A stretch of DNA of 64,000 bases, from positions 39,060,001 to 39,124,000 of the forward strand of contig NC_043009.1 in NCBI RefSeq assembly GCF_006345805.1. The letters run 5' to 3'. The notes under the pieces were generated by a model, which saw only the letters and a list, made by a program, of their open reading frames with translations, was not told where the DNA came from and searched no databases. Below are positions 41,911 to 55,180 of the stretch, one piece after another (the stretch's first letter is position 1; the number at the start of each line of letters is the position of its first letter). Both the position numbers and the translations under genes were made by a program. This stretch comes from Octopus sinensis (lineage: Eukaryota).

Positions 41911-42146
41911 AAATACCTATTTCTTTACTACCCACAAGGGGCTAAACACAGAGAGGACAAAGGACAGACAAACGGATTAAGTCGATTATATCAACCCCAG
42001 TGCGTAACTGGTACTTATTTAATCGATCCCGAAAGGATGAAAGGCAAAGTCGACCTCCGCGGAATTTGAACTCAGAGCGTAACGGCAGACGAAATACTGC
42101 TAAGCATTTCACCCGGCGTACTAACGGTTCTGCCAGCTCGCCTCCT
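41911..42146 (-). mobile_element. tRNA-derived SINE, family A (full-length copy)
   Basis: The minus strand begins GGAGGCGAGCTGGCAGAACCGTTAG (A-box-like) and has GAGTTCAAATTCC (B-box-like). Body CTTTGCCTTTCATCCTTTCGGG..AAGTACCAGTT; tail GCCCCTTGTGGGTAGTAAAGAAATAGG. Related copies occur elsewhere in the window. Confidence 0.85.
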
Positions 42147-42269
42147 TTATAAAATGATGCTAAGTATTTCTATTTGGTGAGCTAACGATTCTGCCAGCAC
42201 GCCGCCTTCTGTGCGTCTAGATACCTATACGAGTGGATCTGTTTAAGAGTGTCTGTGCATGCGAACCTC

Positions 42270-42449
42270 TATCGCCTCAGGGTTATTTCATTTCCCTTTC
42301 CCCACTCAATATATATTTCTGCGGTTACCTCGAAAGGATGAGAGACAAAGCCGACCTCGGTGGAATTTACTATCAGAACGGAAAGGCGGACGAAATACCA
42401 CCATGCAATTTGTCCCGCATAATAGCAATTCTGCCAGATCACCGCCTTA
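42270..42449 (-). mobile_element. SINE family A, diverged copy
   Basis: CGAAAGGATGAGAGACAAAGCCGACCTCGGTGGAATTT..TTCTGCCAGATCACCGCCTT aligns with the 41911-42146 copy. Confidence 0.75.
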
Positions 42450-43319
42450 TGCCTTCTGTCATAATGACAATCGTTTTATTGAAACGCATGCATGTTCTAT
42501 ATTGCTCAAAATTCCGATGGCATGCTTTTGTGTTAATTATCATTACAACATGGTTCGAATTTGGAACATAGCCTATTTGACGATATGATGGTCTTCTTTT
42601 AACTAAGCTGATATAAGAGTGGAAGGTAGTGCTGTCTACTGAGTCCAAACATTTGCTGAGGTGTAGTAGCCTGCAGTGCACTTCTATATATACGTAGATA
42701 CGTAGACACACATATATCCACATATATGCAGTATTAATTTTCGAAAACGTTTTCTTTCAAAATTTGAAATACAAGCTTTTTAAAAATTAAAAAAAAATTA
42801 AATTCATATATTTTCAAATTACCATTAATTTATTCTTTGAACATTTTCTGGCCATGAAAATGGTCCTAGCAGTAGGAGTACATATAGTAATATCATCTAG
42901 GTTATAGGAGGTGAACGAGTTTTTATTTAGGAACTTTGACAGAATTTTGTATACGCATCTGTATGTTACATATTCCATCACGATCGGATAATGAGGATCC
43001 AATCTTAAGGTCTTCTAAAGTCTTCTAATCTGTATATCAGTAATCGATTTAAATTTAGTCCATTCCTCCACTCAAATCTCTGAATCTTATCGTAATCTTC
43101 ATAATCAGTATTCTTGAAACATCTGAACAATATCTCTGGTGAGCGGAGTAATTTAGCCTAGCAAGGAATTTTACTGGATCTGTGAATCAGAGCATACTGA
43201 TCGTACAGATCAACAGAACAACTGCTATTCTATCATTGTCTCTTGCAATGGCAGGGCTGGATTCGAGACATTTTTCAGTTTAAGTCTTAGATTAACGCCT
43301 CTAATGTATATATTAATTA

Positions 43320-44007
<688 letters not shown>

Positions 44008-45587
44008 TAAATATATGATACACAATTGGACTAAGTTCAATTCTTTTTAAATACAGCATTATAATGAAAAACAGAAAAAAAGTGTTGCTAATATTTTCAT
44101 ACAGCACAAAAACTAGCAGTGGTGGGGATAAGGAGAGGAAGAAATAAACATTTGAATCGACAGTAATAAAACAGAGCAACAATCTTTACGCCGTAGAAGA
44201 GGAAAACCCCAAAAAGCTAAATAACAAAAATTTAAATTCACAATGTAAAGCGAAAAACCTGTTTGGTATTCAACACATTTTTATAGAGATATTATCATTG
44301 CAGCATACTTTTATTATATTACATTACATTCTTACAAAATGTATTAACTCACCTAAAGAGATGTTGATAAATAATTCTAAAATGTTGCAAATACGTGCAG
44401 CTAAATTGAATATTGTTAATAAAATAACAACTACATGCATACCATATTTTATTCAGTGCATATATTGTTTACTAAGTCGTACGGTTGTATTTTTTTAGTG
44501 AGTAAATTGGTTGATTAGAAGTGAAAGCGATACGGAACATATGGCATAAAAATTACTAAAATGTATTCTGTATAACGTCTTAACCATTGGCAGTTACTTT
44601 GAAAGCCTGCATAAATTACCTTTTTTGTTGTATTCTTGTTTTACTGTTTTTTGAATAGTATATCAATGAATCCTGTTTCTATGCTTGAATATTCTATAAA
44701 ATACCTATGCTATGAAATACTATAATAAATTCAAATTGAACAAAATTGTGACTCATTGTTTATCCAAATACGTGATGCATCGCTGTTCTCAAGTGTTAAG
44801 TTACAGGATCATTCTATTAGAATTTTTACTTCTTGCAAAACAGATGGTTTTTGCCCTCTAAGTTTCAACCAGATTTCAGGGAACCTTTTCCTGTCATGCT
44901 GTCATTTTATATTTGTGTTCGTATCTATTTCTTATCTTTCTCTCCACAATATTTCTCCACAGCTTCAAACATGGTTATAGAAATCTATTTATAAGCAGCA
45001 TTCGTTACCCTTTCTGAAATGATACTATCAATTCATTGTTATTCAAATCACTGGTAGAACTTCTCATAGCATTCGACCGATATAGATAAATGGCTTCTTA
45101 ACTAAGACGACAAAGAATTAATTTTAAAGATTGTTTAACAAACATCTCTTCCTTTAATTGTTTCGATATTATGCAACCCTTAAAACTTTTCCTCCACCCT
45201 TTAGCTACCAGGGTGATATATTTTTGCTGACAGTGTCCCATGTTTTCCTTACGTTACTAACAAACCGCTTTGAAAGCTGTGTCTGATATCGTTTTTCTTC
45301 ATATTCTGACTTGACAGTTATACTGTTTTCGTTTAAATTAAGTATAAATTTTTCTACATCTAAACTTGTGCTGCCGTGTTGACACTTCTCATTCAAAACT
45401 TCATTATTTCGCATTGGATCATATTTATGACTTTTAAACTGAGATCTTTTAAAATGGAGTTTTGTATAAATTTATTTTAGTATACCAAATTTTGTAGGCA
45501 GGAAATTACATGTATCAGAAAAATCACTAGGGAAGATTTAAACATAATAATATGGAAACTTATATTTGTACATGAATATGAATATGA

Positions 45588-45621
<34 letters not shown>

Positions 45622-45755
45622 GTTTATCATTGTCTTCACCCATGATTTATGATCATAATATTTTTGACCATGTTTAAATATAGGTTATATACCGGTAGTA
45701 TTTTGGATACTTTTATCCCTTAGACGGTTATTTTAACCTCTAACTCAATTAACCT

Positions 45756-45911
<156 letters not shown>

Positions 45912-45925
45912 TATATATATATTAT

Positions 45926-45975
<50 letters not shown>

Positions 45976-46639
45976 GTCTTACAGTCCACCCTATACTCGC
46001 GTGGATATGATATAAGAACGGAGTGCGGAACTATAATACCTAGGAAGTAAGACGAAGTATGTTACGTGGTAAAGCCAATTAGTTTACGAGAGCCAAATAA
46101 AAGGAATCCGTTTAGGTTATACAAACCTTCAGCATACCAATAACGATATATAAATACACACACACATATACACGCACACATATAATCCCGCCCCTGTCTG
46201 TCTATATATATATACATACACACATATATGCATATACATATACGCATATTAACAACAACGATACTGAGATCGTTTTAGCAATGTTGAAGGTATAATGGTA
46301 GTAGTCTATTGATATGTCAGTACTTGTCAGAAGTATATATAAATTAGAAACAGGGGTTTATGTTTTAAAGACGTATTAATAGAGAGAGCTTCTTGAAAAG
46401 CTGCTCAGGTCTTAGTGATGTAGCCACTAACAGAAGTTAGATTACTAAGGACAGAGGAAGCATTTCATGCTGCCTTTCTGTGTGGGTGGAGATATATCTT
46501 GTGTAATTCAGGTTATTCTGATAACAAGATCAGCAGCACATTCAACAAGAACGTCAATAATCGCAGCAGCAGCAATAAATATAAATTGCTGCCGTATAAG
46601 ACTACGAATAATTAATGGGAACTTTGTTTTGTGAAGTGT

Positions 46640-48021
46640 AAATCATGCTTGGCACTCAGAGAAGCTAATGAAGATCTGAAAATTCTACAATTAAATAACA
46701 TCAGAGAGACCAATATTCTAGTATATTGAGAAGCTATCACAGAATAAATAGAAATCAAACAGAAAGAATAAAATCAAACAGAATTGGTCGTACAACTTTA
46801 AAAAAAAATGTAAAACTAAATAAAGATCTTTGTAAAGTTTCTACAATTTCAAAAACATAAAAAAGAGGAAATTTTAAGTAAACAGTACGAGAGTTACAAA
46901 GAAGAGATGAATTAAGAAAAAGAAATACTTTAAGACAGGAAATAAAAAAAAGAGTGAATGTGATGCCGTCGAAAATAAATGAATTTCAACAATAGATCAA
47001 GTAATATCAACAAAGCAGCGTAATTAGGAATAATAAAATATTCTATCAACAAGCGAACTGCGTCGAAGAACATTAAGAAAATGAAGAGACAGATGTGGAA
47101 AAATTAACACATTACTGATAAGGCACTCCTGGTATGGTATTTGAACAAAACAATGATTGCAACGGTTGAAGATAGGACTATAGAATATAGAATAAAGAGA
47201 GGACAAGAGAAAGTGCATATGTTTTATTTCTTTATTAATGTTAGATAATGAAGGTGTGTACACATGAGACATATGTAGGGTCTTAACAATAGTAGGAGGA
47301 AAAGAGAAATTATAAATTTAGACCGAAGTTTGGCTCGAACAACTGCGACAGAATGGGCTGAGAAATAAATCCACAGAGACTTTCTTGGAGAGGCTTCCAC
47401 ACAAATTTCTTTTTGCTCCAAAGGCTTTCATTAATCGCAGACTATAACCAAATATATATAAGATACCGTAAAGTGGGATTGAACTGAAGCCTGTGTGTGA
47501 AGGTTTTAACGTCACAGCCATATCTGTACCTTTGAATACTACGGAAGATTTACAAATAAGAAAGCCCCAGGAGGGATGGAGTTTGTGATTTTTAATTTAA
47601 TTTGGATTTCACCTGCCGTATGTCAGGTAACTTTGGAAGAATGATATTGCCAACACAGGTAATATCAGGAAACATGACATGCTTACACTGATTATGATTT
47701 AACTTTGCATACGTATCAATCTTCTTGGTGCTTATACAAAATATTTATTGCCTTAAATTAAAATTATAAAAGATAAATTCCTCATTTATTTTATTTTTAC
47801 TTGTTCGAGTCCTTTGAATGCGGCCATGCTGGGGTACTGCCTTGAAATATTACTGGCCTTGAAATTTGAAATTTTAGTCGTATGTATCGATGGCAGTACT
47901 TATTTTTTTAAAGCCTGGTACTTACTCTATAGCTCCCTTTTGCTGAACCACTAAGTTACGTGGAGGTAAACACACCAGCACCGGTTGTCAAGCTGTGATG
48001 GTGGGGATAAATACAAGCACG

Positions 48022-48081
<60 letters not shown>

Positions 48082-49745
48082 CGACGGGATTCTTTCAGCT
48101 TCCATCTACCTAATCCACTCTCAAGGCTTGTGTAACTTCCTTCTAATTACTCAGTCTTTTTCTCCTTCACCTCCACCTTCTGTCATAAAGCCTGGTGCGT
48201 GCATACATTTTGCACTTCCCTCTTAAACTCTCTTTGTATCTATCTTTTAATCTCTCATCCTACCTTTTTCCACCAACATATATATATCGGGTTTTATTAT
48301 CTGCAGAAGATTTTGCATTTGATAAGATGGTTTTAGTATTTTGTATAATATGTGACTGCTAATTCGACCAAAGACATATATGTTTATACACTTTAGCGAC
48401 ATAGGCGCCCTCCTTGCCTCTTTTCTTTGAGGATTATACTTAACAAAGACTGTTATGTCTATGTCATTGTACATAAAACTCATTCATGTAGGCATCACGT
48501 AAACAAGTTTCAGTTTCATCATTGTTTACCGTTCCTATGGAAACCATCGATGGAATTGATAACTAATCGAACGCGCATATTGAATGAAATGAACATCTAC
48601 TGGAGACGGAAAATAGGCCAAAAAATTCATGCGTGACTAACGTGTTATATATTGTTATATATTATTATTAACATGATTTATTATTATTATTATTATTATT
48701 ATCAATATACTGTTCTATATTCCAGCTACAGAAATCGAAAACATGATGAAGTACCAGCAACATGATAAATGGTCAATAAAAATAAATATTGCTCTCTTTC
48801 TCTGGATTGTGGACTCCCTAAAAATAATTGGCTTTAACAACAAACTAAAGACACTTGAGACGAGTGAGAGTTCGTGGCAACTTGTTTGATATCGAGGTGA
48901 CCTTGAGATCAAAAGACGTTGTTTTAAGTGAATATAATAGACTGTATACAGCAAGAAAAGAAAGACGTAGATGGTTATTCAATATAACATACACAGTACA
49001 TTTGACAATTATAGGACAAGTGAGGTGTGCGAGCAAAAGTTAGAAGTTGATATTTACAGCTATACAACGAGGAAAATCAATAGTGAATGTACAGAAGCTA
49101 AAATACGAAATAATAAAAAAAGAAGTGGAAGATTAGTATAGAAAAAGTGCTTCATGACAGTTTGTCAGCAAACAGAAAAATATAGCTGGAGAAAACAGAG
49201 GTTTGGCTGAAAGCTGAAGATCTAAAATGGGAAAGAGAAACCTTTATCATTGCTGTGTGCAAGGACAGGCTGTTAAAACAAACCTTGTTAAGACCGAAAT
49301 AGACAAAATCCACCAAGTAACTGTTGGATACGTGGTAAGGTAGATGAAAATGTCAATCAATCATAGCCTATATAAATATAGAATGCAATACGAAGAAAGG
49401 AAATAATGCAGCGTACGATATGACAGGGTAGGTAAATATACCCGAGAAAGTTATTTGGAATTTTGATTTAGAACAGATTTAATTGAAAGAACTAATGTAA
49501 GAGAATGTGGAATGTCTTAGCGCAATACATTCGGGTGAAAGAGTTACAGAGGTATGATGCTATTATTATATATGAAGACAAATGTGCAAGCTCACCGATT
49601 TTTGATATTGCTGTGTGATAGGATTGTCATACGGACAGTAAGAATATATTAAGACGTATCTGGATTTACTCAAGAAATCTTGTAGAGTTCAAAAAAGCAA
49701 TTCCTATTGTTATAGGAGTGCTGATAACAAAAGTGTCTGTAGAAG
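46640..49745 (+). pseudogene. Highly decayed, near full-length R4/Dong-like LINE interrupted by a SINE
   Basis: Colinear motif remnants: LNNIRETNILVY (~46690), EIKKRVNVMPSKINEFQQ (~46940), NRLYTARKERRRWL (~48940), WLKAEDLKWERETFIIAV..QAVKTNL..EIDK (49204-49310), and IPIVIGVL (~49700, restriction-like endonuclease region). Confidence 0.7.
47795..48129 (-). mobile_element. SINE family B copy inserted in the Dong-like relic
   Basis: Reverse complement of the family B body (GCGGCCATGCTGG..CCACTAAGTTACG..CACCGGTTGTCAAGC..TCTACCTAATCCACTCTCAAGGCTT). Confidence 0.75.
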
Positions 49746-49839
49746 ATTGAGAGAGAGAGAGAGAGAGAGAGAGTGGGAAGGGAAGAAAAGAGGGTGAGAG
49801 AGAAATATTGATCTCAGTTTTGGTACTAACCTAGCAAGT

Positions 49840-49940
49840 TCGGGGGAGGAGTAAGTCGATTACACCGACCCAGTGCTCAACTGGTACTCATTGTAAAGAC
49901 GGGCGAAATGCTGCTTAGCATTTCGCTCGGCCTGCTAACG
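49840..49940 (-). mobile_element. SINE family A, internally deleted
   Basis: GTCGATTACACCGACCCAGTGCTCAACTGGTACT is joined directly to the head segment GCTTAGCATTTCGCTCGGCCTGCTAACG. Confidence 0.65.
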
Positions 49941-50149
49941 GAGAGAGAGCGAAATATCAAAAGTGATTCTAAGAGTTTCATGCATCCTCAATCATTATTT
50001 TGTAAAATTCATCATCGAAGTTATCAGAGAAACAAAAATGATCTAACCCAGCTTCTTGTCCAAACCTGCTGTTATCTCGATACTATTGAAATCGGAACTG
50101 ATGTATAATATACTTTAACTACATAAAACATATTTAAATAATAGATGTG

Positions 50150-50320
50150 AGTGAGATTGGCAGAATCAACAGAGTGTCATACACTCTTACAACATTAACT
50201 CACGACTCTTTACGTTCTGCGTTCAAATTCCACTAAAGTCTAGTTTACATTTCATTGCTCCAAGATCGACAAAATAAAGTACCGGTTAAAAGCAAGGGTT
50301 TGATATAATCGACTAAACAC
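50150..50320 (+). mobile_element. SINE family A, old diverged copy
   Basis: TGGCAGAATC..CGTTCTGCGTTCAAATTCC..AAAGTACCGGTT..GATATAATCGACT. Confidence 0.55.
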
Positions 50321-50699
50321 TTCTCACAGATTTGTGTGCAAACGCGATGGCTTTAGGTGAAGCAGAGTACTGTAGAGCCATTCAATGATCTCAGTCATTA
50401 GAATAAAGTAACTTCTTGGCGTTATTATTTATTCGTGCATTATTAATGGGACCCTTCACTCTTTTCTGCAATCTTACCATTGCATTGTCCCATCTTCTTT
50501 GCAATGAAATAAACCAATAACAATAATTTCTTCCATGGGCGCTATTGGTGATAGTGAATGTTCGATCGTCATATATATTTGTCCGCTACTATATTTTATC
50601 GGCTACTATATTTTATCGGCTCAGAAAGTGAAGTTGCTTCACTGGGATTTACACTCAGAATATAAAGGGACCGGAGAAGTAAAGCAATAATAATAATAA

Positions 50700-52030
50700 T
50701 ATTTTATTTATTAGCCATGTGGGCTCAAGATGATACAAAATTGCAAAAATCACGAGGGGATAGCAAAGAAACATTCACAAATACCTTAATGGGGTGGTAA
50801 CAAACGTTATTCAATATATGATTGGACACATTAAAATGTTATAAGTACTTATATTGGTAAGGAAATATCAATGAATTGGTAATATATTGGTAAGGAAATA
50901 GCATTTTTAGGAGACTCGTTGTTGAAAAACTCTAACATCATTGGAATATGCTCTTCGAAGTTCAATGTAGTATCTTAGATCTTGTTTTATATCTTTTGTG
51001 TGTTGTTTATATTCTGAAACTAATAGCTTTTGTGTCATTCTAACTTCTTTGGGAAGTTTGTGGCACAGCAGATGCGTCATATTGTCTATCATGGTTCAAT
51101 ATTATGTTTTTCGTCATCTTCATTTTCTTCGTTATAATGTTTATCGCCACATTATCTCCTTCGGTATCATTGTTGTTTTGAAGAACTTCGCGCTCCTTAC
51201 CAATTTTTCTTGTTTCATGTATGAGTTTTTTTTTCTTTCTGTGTTTTCTTTAACAATTTATGGATTTGAATCTACAACTATTATTTCTAATTCATCGCAC
51301 TACAATCGAGGGGTGCACTGTTAAATATTGAGATGTTCACCTGTTTCTAGCACTAAGTGTGAAGGGATTTCTTATGATATCTCCAAAATTTTGGCTGATT
51401 GTGCATTAGAAACAGGGTTTGGTGTCTTTTTTGCTGGTGAAATTGATCTTTATTTTCGGGTAACGTTTTTTGTGAGTCTTTCAAAATTGTCCTGTGCAAT
51501 CAGCTTTGAGGAGTTTCTTAATATGATAAATGTTGCAACTAGGCTTTTTATTCTGCATCATGCCCTTCTTTCGGCCCCTTCTACTTTGCACAATTCTAGC
51601 ATAGCCTGGAAGACTTTGCTGTTCACTACGAACTGCAAATCTATTTTGTCGCCTTTATTGGACATTCTTTAACAATTGGCTCATAATATGGTTCAAAATT
51701 GAACACTGAACTCAGATTTCCATCGTATATACTTCTGCCCCAGTAGATGGGCAGAAACGTATAGCCCCGAGATATATCAGACAACTTCATTCTATTTTAG
51801 CTGAGTTTTCAAGTTTGAAGATTACAGAGAATACCATATATTTTGCCTTTGTAGTTAAGAGATTTCTTCTAATATATCTTGACATGCTTGTAGGTTTTTA
51901 CTTGTCGTAGGGTTAGACTATATCTGCTTCCTTCCTTTCTCTTTGTTCCCCCTTGGATGAGTTCTTTTGGCAAAAAATAGCTTTCGTTCTTGCAAAATTC
52001 CCCCACTTTTATTTCTTTTCTTTGATCTAT
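50700..52030 (-). pseudogene. Decayed 3' part of an L1/Tx1-like LINE
   Basis: Minus-strand remnants FWRYHKKSLHT and CTPRL*CDELEIIV (zf-RVT-like). The 3' end GCCCACATGGCTAATAAA runs into an (ATT)n tail at ~50690. Confidence 0.55.
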
Positions 52031-52682
52031 GACAGGTTTAAAAATTATTTTTGTTCAGTCCGTATTAAGGGAAAATTCATTCTGACACGACCACAACATG
52101 GATGTATTATAGTGTTTGAATCCTTGTATGAGTCGTCAGTGCTTTTCTTGTTACGGCTGCTAACGTCCTCGAAACTGCATATTTTCATATTAATCCTTTG
52201 ATTGTTCAGTAAACTGTTTATTTTCTTTTCTATGTATACTGAGTTGCGAGTTTTGACATTGAATCTCGTTTCTTTACTATACATGCATACATACATATAC
52301 ATATACACACTCATGCATACATGCATACATACATATACATATACACACATGCATACACGCATACATACATATACACGTGCATACATAAATGTGTGTGTGT
52401 GTGCAAGTGCGTATGCCTGTGTGTTTGTTTAGTAGCCATTATGAAAGCGGAAATGTAAGGTGTATAAACGTATGTAATCAAAGCCTGGCTTGTTGTACAT
52501 CCAAGGATACTGAAGGGAAGCTTTCCTGCAGTGATTATAGTTATTTTCAAGTTCTCGAAAGAAACAATTCACTTGGTACTGCTTCAATAACGAAATAGAC
52601 CTTGGTTGAATTGGAACCTGGAAGAAATCTCGCTAAGCATATTGTCTGGCGTTGTAATGATTCTGTAAGCCCACCACCTTCA

Positions 52683-52721
<39 letters not shown>

Positions 52722-52750
52722 TAATAATAATAATAATAATAATAACAACA

Positions 52751-53285
52751 AAGTGGCTCTCATAGCTGCTGATCTTAACTGATTGGAAGTGTTATCATGC
52801 AAATTGTTTTGTCTTGGTATAAAAGATGGGCGACAGCAAATATTCTGCTCAATACCAAAGATTTGCTTGTCAGTTGTTTGACCTTAACCAGTTGAGAATT
52901 TCCCTTAGTGGCTGACGATATGTTCATCTCTGATCACGAGCAGAAGTAGTGGGCCAGCATCATAGCCGTGTGTTGAAAGGAATTCTTAGAGGTTTGGGTA
53001 ATTCACCTTTGGAAACATGGGTGGTTCGTTCAATATCCTTAAACAACCCTTATTCAGGGTCCTTTTGAGGGGGATGCGTTACTCAACCAGAAGAAATTCT
53101 AAGTGGGTCCCACCCGCAAGGTCATGCGCTGTTTATATTGATATGAGATCACCATGTCACGCACACATGGCTGTGATGCACGTACCTGGTGTACCCTTAT
53201 CAAACGGGTAGTCATGATGGGTATACCGGGCTTCCTATATTTTACCCCATTGTCACTTTGATGGCATGCACTGCTCTCTCACTCA
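52751..53285 (+). mobile_element. ~530-bp interspersed retroposon-like element embedded in (AAT)n
   Basis: Flanked on both sides by AAT tracts and ends CTCTCTCACTC-(AAT)n. A homologous inverted copy is at 57977-58444. Confidence 0.75.
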
Positions 53286-53346
53286 ATAATAGTAATAATA
53301 ATAATAATAATAATGATAATAATAATAATAATAATAATAATAATAT

Positions 53347-53380
<34 letters not shown>

Positions 53381-53423
53381 AATAATAATAATATTAATAA
53401 TATTAATATAACTAATAATAATG

Positions 53424-53481
<58 letters not shown>

Positions 53482-53604
53482 TAATAATAACAACAACAAC
53501 AACAACAATAATAATAATAATGATAACTATAAAGATGATGATGGTGGTGATGATGATTATAATGATGATGACGATGATGATGTTTATAAAGATGAGGATG
53601 ATAA

Positions 53605-53644
<40 letters not shown>

Positions 53645-53665
53645 TTTAACAACAACAACAACAAC
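53285..53665. repeat. Compound (AAT)n/(AAC)n/(GAT)n microsatellite
   Basis: Directly visible. Confidence 0.95.
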
Positions 53666-54340
53666 AAGAAGCATTGTGATTGTTGTGCTGATGATTGTAA
53701 AGAATGCTTATTATCATGTGTTATTTGTTTAATGTTTTGAAATGTCAGAATTGCTATTGTACTTTGAGGTTCAAAGTAAGTTACTGTGTGAATTACAATA
53801 ATAATAATATCTCAGTATGAATTGAATTGATAAATGGTAATATCTTTACTTTAGTCATTAGTTAATATCTGCGTCTATAGAGATGTGCCATAATAACTAG
53901 ATGTAAATATAGTTATATATCTATGTAGCTTATACACATTCACACGCATACACACAAAGACGCATCGCACACGTGTATTTATATAATAATGAACCATAAT
54001 AACTATGTATACACCAAGTCAGTTTCCACTTGGAGCAATACCGAATATTGACAACGAAATCGACCCCACCATTTTACTGGTTAACATAAACAGTTTTGTG
54101 CGCTTTGAGCGGCTCGATTGACCCTGGCGAATGTAATGCTTAAACTGTTAAGATTCCACCTCTGATATCTGAAACGTAACGTGAACTGAGCAGTTCCATA
54201 AAATCATGCACGCAAACCCACCAACACACGTTTGCAAAATACGTATGTATAAGTGTGTACAACATATATTCATACGTACATGTATTCATAGATACATACA
54301 TGGGTACTTACATTTATACATACATATATACATATATACA

Positions 54341-54372
<32 letters not shown>

Positions 54373-54539
54373 CGTATTTGTGTGTTTATATGTATAAATA
54401 AACATATATAAATGTGTTTATATATATATAAATATTTATATACACATATATAAATGTGTGTATATGTAAATAAATATATAATGTATATATATATTTATCA
54501 GTGTATGTATGTGCATATATGCATACTTACATTCATGCA

Positions 54540-54876
54540 TACATATATACATACATACATACACACACACATATATATATATATATGTATATATATTAAG
54601 TATATATATATATACACATACATATATATGTATATATCTATCTATCTATATATATATACATATATATATATATATGAATATATGTATACATGCATATATA
54701 AATGTTTGTATATATATATATATATATATATATCATATATAATATAATTACAAACATGCATACATATATACATACACACATACACACACACACATATATA
54801 TGTATGTATATATATTAAGTATATATATATATATATACACATACATATATATGTATATATCTATCTATCTATATAT

Positions 54877-54926
<50 letters not shown>

Positions 54927-55122
54927 TATATAATATAATTACATACATGCATACATATATACATACACACACACACATATATATATGTATGTATATATAT
55001 TAAGTATATATATATATACACATACATATATATGTATGTATATATCTATCTATCTATATATATACATATATATATATGAATATATGCATACATGCATATA
55101 TAAATGTTTGTATATATATATA

Positions 55123-55156
<34 letters not shown>

Positions 55157-55180
55157 CATATATGATATATAACATACACA
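54540..55180. repeat. Higher-order repeat of a compound microsatellite block (~185-220 bp x3)
   Basis: Marker TATTAAGTAT at 54596, 54815 and 55000. The same order of TA/CA/TCTA sub-blocks recurs; units 1 and 3 share GAATATATG..AAATGTTTG. Confidence 0.8.
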
